This document shows, in pieces, positions 54,380 through 64,000 of a stretch of 64,000 nt of DNA. A program made the translations under genes and the position numbers. How positions within the stretch are numbered: the stretch's first letter is position 1; each line of letters begins with the position of its first letter. The notes beneath the pieces were generated by a model. That model worked only from the letters and a program-made list of their open reading frames with translations. It ran no database searches and was not told the DNA's origin. Source of the DNA: Octopus sinensis (taxonomy: Eukaryota); contig NC_043007.1 of the NCBI RefSeq assembly GCF_006345805.1, positions 72,044,001 through 72,108,000 on the forward strand. Direction: 5' to 3'.

Positions 54380-55195
54380 AGGTGATTTCCCATACAACCC
54401 CCAAAACACTCAAAGAAGACCTGAAACGCTCAGCATACCAAAAAGAATCTGTGCATGGGTATGTTTCCCGAAGACATGAAGAAGACAGCAGTAGCGACGT
54501 AATATGCAATCTTTCTTGGACTCGTGACTACTACATCACATCAACACTTCGAAGGTTATGCATTTGCAATCCCAAAACAAGAGATTGCTACGAAATGCCA
54601 AGTACACAAAAGATATATTGAAGCCCTTGGAGCATCAAGAGACAACCGAAAATGTAGATTATATCATATTTCTGTGGAAGACATCACACATATAATTAAC
54701 AGCTGCTCCAAAATGTCATCAAGTTCTACCTGCCTATGCGATACGTCATTGTCGCAAAAATAATATACAATGCCATTCGAAATTTAAAAAATTGTATAAT
54801 AAACATGGAGAATACCCCTTGTTATTGATTACATATACAAACATCAACACAAAGAAAACTGGTGGGACATCCTCATCAAAATATCTGCTGCATGTAAACA
54901 TAACACGCCGGATATTGTTCTTTGAGGCAGACGAGGAATTTTGTACCGTCATAGAAATCAGCTGTCCTGTTGATGTGAATACTCTTTGAAAATCAAAGAG
55001 AAAGAGGATAACTACGGACAACTGGTGCGAAACCTCCATCTTCTGTACCAAGATTATGAAATTCACGTTTACACCAATGACAATTGGTGCACTTGGTTTT
55101 GTGAGTGGTCAACCAGCTTATTCACGCATTACAAATACAATCTGTTAAGTGGAACAGTAAATTTATGAAAGACTTTTCTGAAATTTAAATGTGAA
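54380..55195 (+). pseudogene. Decayed RLE-type LINE 3' end (CCHC plus restriction-like endonuclease)
   Basis: YAFAI..QEIATK, CRLYHISVEDITHIINSC, VIEISCPVDVN, KEKEDNYGQL and GALG, across frameshifts. Confidence 0.8.
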
Positions 55196-55661
55196 TTTGT
55201 TTTTTATTTACATTCCTACGACGGAGCTTTGTACTTTTGTCAAAAACCATTCGTTCCTCAGTGGAAGATTTTAAATAATTAGAAACTGAAGAGAACGTTT
55301 ATACAAAGAAACTTACGTACACCCATCAGGTGTGATTCTTGGTAATTTTAGAACTCAAAGGGATATATAGTTGAAATAGGATACACGTAACACACACACA
55401 CACACGCACACGCGCACACACACGCACACGCACACACACACACACACGCACACACACACATATACACACACATTGTTTTTCCAGCAAAGTTCATAAAAAA
55501 TAAAGATTTATATTAAAATCTGATTTCATTTGTGTAATTTAGGCATACATAGCATGCATTGCATGCCTTGCAATTATGCAGGAAACGCCACTGACTTACA
55601 TATATAAATATGTACTATACATGGTATACGACACATGTATAACATATCATACGTAGACACA

Positions 55662-55715
<54 letters not shown>

Positions 55716-55744
55716 TGCACACACACAGATACACTCACACACGT

Positions 55745-55945
55745 TTTGTCTTTGAGCAAGACACTTTATTTCACGTTGCTTCAGTTCATTCAGTTGGCAA
55801 AAATTAGCAGTGCATGTAATTCTAAGGGGTCGCCTTGTCACATTCTGTGTGACGCTGAATCTCCCTGAGAAATATGTTAAGGGTACGCGTGCCAGTAGAG
55901 TGATGATCTGGAACACTCATCGTCGTAACCGACGGGGTGCCAGTA
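55745..55945 (+). mobile_element. SINE C 3' part
   Basis: TTGAGCAAGACACTTTATTTCACGTTGC and downstream body. Confidence 0.75.
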
Positions 55946-56031
55946 AAATTATATAGTAAGTGAAACATAAATGAATTTGCAAACAGAAGGTATAATAATA
56001 GTAGATTGCGTCTTATTAAATCTACTTAATA

Positions 56032-56247
56032 GTGGATTCAAATTTAGACACAAGGCCAGCTATTTCAGGGAGGGGGCTGTTCGATTACATCAACTCTAGT
56101 GTTCAACTGATACTTGTTTTATCGACTCCCGAAAAGAATGAAAAGTAAAGTCAGTCCCGGGAGAATTTGGATTCAGAACGTAAAGTCGGACAAAATGCCG
56201 CTAAGCATTTTGCCCAGCAATGCTAACGATTCTGCCAGCCGACTGCC
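56032..56247 (-). mobile_element. SINE A, full length
   Basis: 16-bp TSD TTAAATCTACTTAATA. Confidence 0.9.
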
Positions 56248-56479
56248 TTAAATCTACTTAATATTCAACGTAATTTATTCAGAAAAAATGGCGCATATTT
56301 CTCTGCACTTTATATTGCAATGTCAGACAGAAAGTAGATAAGATATAACCACACTAGAAGGGTTGTGATATTTTATATATATTTCTGATATGGGATTTGT
56401 TAGTATTTGCCCACTTATTACAAACCATTCTGGCACAGAAATTGTAGAGTTATTTTTTTAAAATATTTGCAGTAAAAAA

Positions 56480-56690
56480 GGCGGTGAGTTGGCAGAATCG
56501 TTAGCACGCTGGGTAAAATGCTTAGCGGTATTTCGTCCGTCTTTACATTCTGAGTTCAGATTCCGCCAAGGTCGACTTTGCCCTTTCATCCTTTTGAGGT
56601 CGATAAAATAAGTGCCATTTGCGTACTGGGGTCGGTGTAATCGACCTACCTCTCTCAAAATTGCAGACCTTGTGCCGAAATTTGAAATCA
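56480..56690 (+). mobile_element. SINE A, full length
   Basis: 16-bp TSD AATATTTGCAGTAAAA. Confidence 0.9.
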
Positions 56691-57241
56691 ATATTTGCAG
56701 TAAAATGCAAAAAAGAGGTTTTCGTAATAAATGCATTTATTTATTGAGATTACAAGATTGAATAGTAAGTTTTTGCAGGCAAACGTTAATATTACAGGTT
56801 TTCGGGAAATTATGATGTTAAGAAATGTTTTGAGAATATATTTCAAGATATTTCTGTATAGCTGTTATGAGATATTTCTAAAATGTTCATATAGCCAGCA
56901 ATTTATATGAAGTATTTCGATGTGAGGGCGCATGTCTTATTTGCATGTGCGTTTGTGTGTCTGTATTTAAAACAAAAAATAAAGCACATTGCAAGAGGCT
57001 CCTGGAATACATCATAATATACTTAAAGAATATTAATATTACGAGACATTTCTGTAATTCAATAGGAGATGCTCTAGACATGTTCTCGATAAGAAAAAAG
57101 AAAAATTGCATAGAAATATAAACAGTCAAAATATGAGAAATTTGCAAACTTTGGCCAGAATTCATATGTTCTCTTTTATGATGTATTCATAAGTGTAAAT
57201 GTATGTGTATGTGTATATATTCGTGTCTGTTCACCTACATT

Positions 57242-57340
<99 letters not shown>

Positions 57341-57903
57341 GAGCGCGCACATACATACGCGCACAAAGAATACGTTGATGGCTGTTTTAGGTGGGGGAAA
57401 AAGCATTAACAATATAATAATCTTTTGCTTTAAGAATATATAACTGGAGGATCGAAAAAGAAATAAAAATGAAACCAGGTACGTACGAAAATAAACGAAT
57501 AAGTAAATGCTTAAATGCTTGTTATTAAACACCATTATCATAGATTTCTGTTTTCATTTCTCAAAAACCTGGTGTTAATTTACGAAGGTGGTATTGTAGA
57601 AAATGAGACATTTGTAATAAAAAAGAAAGATACATGTAAAGATAATTGTAAATTGGTTATTCCTTTCAAACTCCTCTTTCGTAAACTTTGGAATAATATT
57701 TTTGTTTACATTTCGAAATGACTTGTCAATTTGCGAATTGCTTAAAAATATACCTTTATATGCATGCGTGTATATATGAGAGTATGCAAGTATGAACATG
57801 CGTCTGTCTGTCTTTCTGTCTGTAAGCATGTATGTATGTATGTATGTATGTATGTATGTATGTATGTATGTATGTATGTATGTATCTATCTATCTATCTC
57901 TAT

Positions 57904-58190
57904 GAAAGCCCTGTTAGGTCCTTAGTCCTTAGTGCTGCTGGTAATATGTAACCCAGGTCAACCTGTCATGTGGTTGGGCTCAAGCAACTAAAATGGTAAC
58001 CCTACTAAGTCTGCTTAGTAAGGAGAGCGGTTTTCGTTCGGTAACCTGCAAGTCGGCAAACCATGTCTGCCAAAGGGCAAATGATCTCAATGAAGTCAAC
58101 GGTCATCTAACAGCTGGGAGTGAGTGAAAGACAGCTAGCGTTAGAAGGAAATTTCTGTCACAACACTTGCGGCTTCACTTGCATCCTATG
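57904..58190 (+). mobile_element. Probable 5' UTR remnant of an RTE-like LINE with a decayed HDV-like ribozyme
   Basis: AGCCC...ACC-TGTCATGT-GGT-TGGGCTC-AA-GCAA-CTAA layout; GC-richer than its flanks. Confidence 0.35.
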
Positions 58191-58691
58191 ATATAGATTA
58201 CAAGTGAGTGCGAGTCGTTGTTGTTTAACTCTAGGCAGACTTACGACTAACCATGTTACAACCATACGTTTTTAGGACTATATTTCCTAATGTATTTTAC
58301 AGTAATTTTTGTCTGCTTTTTCTAACTAGCCCCACTGCAAAAAATCCTATCATTGAGTCGACTAAATGAAGGTTTACGAATTAACAGGTGTTTTCTGATG
58401 CTTGGATCATCTTTGATGTGTTCTACAGTATTTATTTGTTGGGCAATAATTTTGGCACATTTGGTGACTGCAAAAGTAGTACAGCTGCTAAATCAGAAAT
58501 ATTTTCTCGTATAAAGAAATAACAATAATAAACTGGAGGTAATGCAAGGGCAACATATTTTATCATAATTATTTTCATATCAAGTGGTTACCATCTTTTC
58601 AGAACAAGTTTCTGTTTTTTTTTTTTTAAATCAACATCTTATTTACATATATCTGTGTAAATGTGCCTGTGCATATAAATGTATATACATG

Positions 58692-58751
<60 letters not shown>

Positions 58752-58884
58752 CACACGCGCCAATAAACTATTATGGTTCCGGAAAGTTGTTTTTATACCT
58801 ACCACGGACTGCTCGAAGCTTACTAACTTCCATCACCTAGACCCTCAGACCTTACAATTATATATATATATATATATATATATT

Positions 58885-59080
58885 GGGTTGTCCCCTACAT
58901 CGCTTGACAACCGGTGTTGGTGTGTTTACATCCCCGTAAATTATCAAAAGAGACCAATAGAATAAGCACCAGGAATATTTTTAAAAAATAATAAGCTCTG
59001 GAGCAATTCGTTCAACTAAAATTCGGGCAGTGCCCAGCATGGCCGCAGTATAATGACAGAGACAAGTAAAAGATAAAATA
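58885..59080 (+). mobile_element. SINE B 3' part
   Basis: CGCTTGACAACCGGTGTTGG...CAGCATGGCCGCAG...CAAGTAAAAG. Confidence 0.8.
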
Positions 59081-59202
59081 TTTCATGTATGTCTGTATAA
59101 CTGTGTATATGCATATAAATGTATGTATGTATGTATGTATGTATGTATGTATGTATGTATGTATGTATGTATGTATGTATGTATATGTGTGTGTGTGTAT
59201 AT

Positions 59203-59241
<39 letters not shown>

Positions 59242-60300
59242 GCTAGTACATTGATAGATACAACTGTTTACAAATGTATAGATATTTATGCGTATATGTA
59301 AATATGTGTCCGCGCGCGCGCGAATGTTAGTGCGTGCGTTTGTGTGTAAAGGTGAGAAACTAAAGTAAGTTTTTAAAAGAAGTTATTAGGGCGTAGCTTG
59401 AGAAGGAATATTTTTATACTTACTGTGAGAGAGCTTCGGTGGCCTGATTATAACATGGTGTTTGTTTCCGAAATTGATAAGTAATCCGTCCTGATAAGAT
59501 CGGTAGGATTACTGCAAGAAAAAACAAAAAAAAAAATATTTAAACTATGTTGAAATTGTCAGCAAGGCAGATTAGTAGTAACAGATAAAAAGAAAACACA
59601 ATCTTGCTGTAGACTCTCATTACTTCTTAATTATTTTAATATATCAGCAAGATTGTATATAAACACACACACACACACACATATTCATTTCTACAAGGGT
59701 AAGTTTGTTGATAACTTTGAAATCTCGGTTTACCAGTTGTCTTGAGAGACTCTGGTAACAGCTCGTAAAACCGAAACTTCGAAGTCGCTGTCAATCATCC
59801 CCCCCACCACCAAAAGGTACTCTTCGGGAAAATATTGAGTAATCCAGATTTTTTAATTAATTTTTCAAAACTAAACAGTTTAAAACTTCGAATACTGGTA
59901 GAATTTGTTACATAGAACTCGGTTTACTCTGAATGTTTTTGACAAAATTTCCTATTTTAGAAGTTATTTCGTGTTAAAGTTGTCGTATTTGGGTAATTTC
60001 AACCAATCAACGACGTGTATTCGGTTGAAGAAAGCTACTGCTGTTTGCGATAGTAATCGAAGAAGCAGAAGTTGACGGCATTTGCAATCGTTAACTCAGG
60101 GAATAATATGCATAAAGAATCCAAAATGTTAGACAGGTCATAGGAAAATCTTCAATGGAAAACAGTCTTCAGCTTTAATAGAAGTACTTTTCCATATATA
60201 CACTCCTGCGCGTACACACAAGCACTCGCGCGCACATATATATGTGCAACTGTATTTACGAGTGTGTTTGTGTGCGTATGTGTGTGTGTGTATGTATGTG

Positions 60301-60349
<49 letters not shown>

Positions 60350-60356
60350 GTATGTA

Positions 60357-60449
60357 TGTCATTATTCCGTTTATTTCAAGATTTCTTGCCAATAGAGAAA
60401 GAACGGGTTTCTAACCTTCATTGGAATTTCAACATCAATAACAGGGTAT
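60357..60449 (-). mobile_element. Short PLE-type repeat fragment with degenerate hammerhead
   Basis: Minus strand CCAATGA-AGGTTA-GAAACCCGTT; related to 40176-40242; (TATG)n flanks. Confidence 0.5.
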
Positions 60450-60548
60450 TTTGTTTGTATGTATGTATGTATGTATGTATGTATGTATGTATGTGTGTAT
60501 GTATGCCTGTATGTATGTACGCAAGTATGTATCCCTCCCTCTATCTCC

Positions 60549-60580
<32 letters not shown>

Positions 60581-60759
60581 GACACACCTGTATCAACGTG
60601 ATGATATTATAGATACTTAGAAAGACACGCACATACATACAGTACTCTCACGCGCACCCGAATGTTGTCCGATGGCAATGCCATAAGAGAGAAAGAGAGA
60701 GCGACAGAGAGAGAGAGCGAGAAAGTGAGAGAGAAAGAGGAGAGAAAGAAGAGAATGGA

Positions 60760-60872
60760 AGAGAGAGAGGGAGGAGAGAGAGAGGGTGGAGGAGAGAGAG
60801 AGGGTGGAAGAGAGAGAGAGGGTGGAGGAGAGAGAGAGGGTGGAGGAGAGAGAGAGGGTGGAGGAGAGAGAA
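60760..60872. repeat. 18-bp polypurine minisatellite (GGAGAGAGAGAGGGTGGA)n
   Basis: About 5-6 visible units. Confidence 0.9.
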
Positions 60873-61873
60873 AGAAAGAGCGAGAGAGCAAGAGTGCGCG
60901 TTTCCTCAGCTAAAACTCTACAAAGGCCTTAGGAACAGTCCATCATAAATCATTTGTAAACTATCGGCTTTCGTTGGCGGCGACCAACTCTTTTATTTTC
61001 TCACCCTAAACAAACAACGCATGCATCTTTGACTGAATGTCATGTAAATCCAGCGGCAACAGCAGCAGCAGCTCGGCTATCTGATCTGTTCCATGTCTAA
61101 ATACTAATATTAATGGTATCTCTGGTGCTTCTTTCAAAAGGCAGACCCTCTAGAGTTGACCTAAAATATCTGGATAACATCTCACATAACGATCTACTAT
61201 GTTAGATTTGAAATTTCATCGTCCTTTCTCCTAACATGACTAACATGCATTAGGCTATAGTTTACTGACTTAAGCTGAAGTCTGAACTGTTTTTACTTCG
61301 TTAACTTATATCTCTTTTGTCCAAGAATGAAATTAATGCTAAGTTGAGAAGTGACTCTAACAACAAAACCATCAGAATTGTTGAAACTGATCTAAGATAA
61401 TATCCGTCCCCTTGGGTTCATGAAATATAACTTCAAGAAGACCTATTTTAAATCTTCCACCAATCTAAATTCATAATACATGGATACAGCATAGTTTTAA
61501 AAAAAGGGGGGTTTTCGTTATGTTATAAGGTGATATATCCATATAGTATATGATATACCTTATCTACTTAACACCATCTTATGCTACATCTACTTAATGT
61601 CAGTAGAGAAGGGTGGTGTTAAGTTGCAGATAAACTGAGATTCGATTCGCGACTGAGGTATTTTCAATTCACTCGTGGTACATGTTGATGTTGAGACTCT
61701 AGTCAAGCAGACCTAGAATAAGATAGAGATCATTGTTTCTTGTTTTCAAGCAAGCGTTATCCAGGATTGTATTATTCAATGTCCTGTCTGTTTCTAAAAT
61801 TTTTACGACATTTATTGCTTTTCCTAGCAGGTCGAAACAACCCTACGTAAATATATATATTATATATAATATA

Positions 61874-61971
<98 letters not shown>

Positions 61972-62100
61972 ATATATATAATATCTATATATCTATATAT
62001 ATATATATATAGGACAATCAGTAAGTAGTCATAATAGGATTCAGAGTTTCAAATGCCGGAGCTAAGAGCTACGATGCATTCTCATCGACTATTATATATG

Positions 62101-62157
<57 letters not shown>

Positions 62158-62188
62158 GTGTGTGTGTGTGTGTGTGTATACATATATA

Positions 62189-62816
62189 TTGGATCATCCC
62201 ATAAATAATGCGTTTATTTCAATTGCATGAACTAAAAGTCGGGTGGGGTCGGGATTAACTACCTGTATCATCTTGCTATAAAAGCAGGTAGTAGTTTTAC
62301 CTTGTCCTTATTCTTAGTGCAAGTTTTGAAGAGTGTATAGTTCGATTTTAACACTTATTTTGGGAAAGTTATAATGGAAGTGACAAAGAAGCATATTCGG
62401 CATATTTTGCTTTTATGTGTTCAATAAAGGCAACAACGGAAAGGAAAGTGCGGGGAATATTAATGCAGTATATGGGGATCGGACAACAACCGTAAGCCAG
62501 TGTCAACGATTGGCGTAGTTTGAATGGGAAACGATGCCACACCCACCATATTCGTCGGACTTTGCTCCATCTGATTATCATATATTCCGCAGTCTTCCAA
62601 ATCATTTGGACGGAAAAAAATTGAATTCTGTACACGAGGTCAGTACTTTTGTCACGGACAAGTGAATTTTGGAAGAAGGGCCTTGAAAGTCTATCAGGTA
62701 AATGGAAGAGCGTTGAAGAAAATGGAGAGTATATTTTAGAGCAAAAAAAAACTTTATCTTAATTTTGAAAATTAAAAGAAGTATAAAATAACTGTATTAT
62801 TTGTGTGGTGACCCAA
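62189..62816 (+). mobile_element. Internally deleted mariner element
   Basis: Imperfect TIRs TTGG.TCA.C.CA.AAATAAT; MEVTKKHIRHILL..FNKG..INAVYG fused to WETMPHPPYSSDFAPSDYH (YSPDLAP motif). Confidence 0.85.
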
Positions 62817-62819
62817 TGT

Positions 62820-63040
62820 ATATATTATATATATATGGAAACAGAAAGAGGACCGTCGTACACACACACACACACACACACACATATTTATATATATACA
62901 CACATATATATATATATTATATATATATATTTGTTTGTCTGTGTTTGTTCTCTCATCATCGCTTGACAACCTTTGTTGGTGAGTTTACGTCCCCGTGACT
63001 TAGCGGTTCGGCAAAAGTGTCCGATAGAATAATTACTAGT
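62820..63040 (+). mobile_element. SINE B, partial, with internal microsatellite
   Basis: GGAAACAGAAAG..CCGTCG-(CA/TA)n-CGCTTGACAACC..CTTAGCGGTTCGGCAAAAG. Confidence 0.75.
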
Positions 63041-63112
63041 ACTATAAAATGATAATAATAATATAAATAATATATATATATACATATATGTAAATACATA
63101 TATATATATGTA

Positions 63113-63460
63113 TATACGCATATATGAGTACAGGACGTCACAAAACATAAACAATACGATATACGAAGACAAAGTTTTTTGTATGCGAACAACGAGAGAA
63201 ACAAATGGAAAACAAGACAAGTAAAAACGACCCTTCATCATTTGTCGGCTGTTCATTTACTCCTCATTTCGAGCAATTGCCGTTAACTGCTCGAAATGAG
63301 GAGTAGATGGAAGACCGACAACTGATGAAGGGTTGTTTGTTTATGTCTTGTTTCCCATTTGTTTCTTTCGTTATTCGCATACAAAAGATTGTCCTTGTAT
63401 TACATGTTGCTTTCGTATTTCATGCTTACGTTTTGCGACGTCCTGTACCCATAAGCATAT
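63113..63460. mobile_element. Head-to-head inverted pair of PLE-type repeats
   Basis: Central TACTCCTCATTTCGAGCA / TGCTCGAAATGAGGAGTA are perfect; outer arms are diverged; (TA)n flanks. Confidence 0.7.
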
Positions 63461-63486
63461 ATATATATATATATATATATATAAGC

Positions 63487-63532
<46 letters not shown>

Positions 63533-63547
63533 ATGTATGTATGTATG

Positions 63548-63578
<31 letters not shown>

Positions 63579-63589
63579 ATATTCACATA

Positions 63590-63884
63590 TACTCTTTACT
63601 CTTTTACTCTTTTTACTTGTTTCAGTCATTTGACTGCGGCCATGCTGGAGCACCGCCTTTAGTCGAGCAAATCGACCCCGGGATTTTATTCTTTGTAAGC
63701 CCAGTACTTATTCATCGGTTGTCAAGCAATGCTAGGGGAACAAACACAGACGCACAAACACATACACACACCATCAATATATATATAGTATATATATATA
63801 TATATACGACAGGCTTCTTTCAGTTTCCGTCTACCAAATCCACTCACAAGGCATTGGTCGGCCCGGGGCTATAGCAGAAGACAC
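63590..63884 (-). mobile_element. SINE B, interrupted by assembly gap
   Basis: Closely matches 4052-4450. Confidence 0.9.
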
Positions 63885-63984
63885 NNNNNNNNNNNNNNNN
63901 NNNNNNNNNNNNNNNNNNNNNNNNNNNNNNNNNNNNNNNNNNNNNNNNNNNNNNNNNNNNNNNNNNNNNNNNNNNNNNNNNNNN
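63885..63984. other. Assembly gap (100 N)
   Basis: Run of N. Confidence 1.
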
Positions 63985-64000
63985 TACGATATATATATGT

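Noticed and set aside
63985-64000. Continuity across the N gap
   Set aside because: The gap length is nominal, so adjacency cannot be trusted

Overview
AT-rich, repeat-saturated animal genomic DNA. The SINE types and extreme microsatellite density suggest a cephalopod such as Octopus; this is inferred, not verified. No intact host gene is evident, and almost all six-frame ORFs are microsatellite artefacts. The window holds about 25 copies of a tRNA-headed SINE (family A, including recurrent dimers and a nested copy), about 12 copies of a CORE-like SINE with an internal microsatellite (family B) and a third SINE (family C). It also holds decayed RLE-type (R4/Dong-like), RTE and Penelope-like (PLE) retroelements, hAT and mariner elements and MITEs, and two non-autonomous Helitrons. 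The most striking signal is a set of several distinct short PLE-type terminal-repeat families. They carry minimal hammerhead-ribozyme motifs with non-canonical cores (G3:C8, U3:A8, C4) and are often arranged as fold-back palindromes or sit within microsatellites. There is one weak two-exon host-gene candidate near 17.4-18.0 kb and a 100-N assembly gap at the end.
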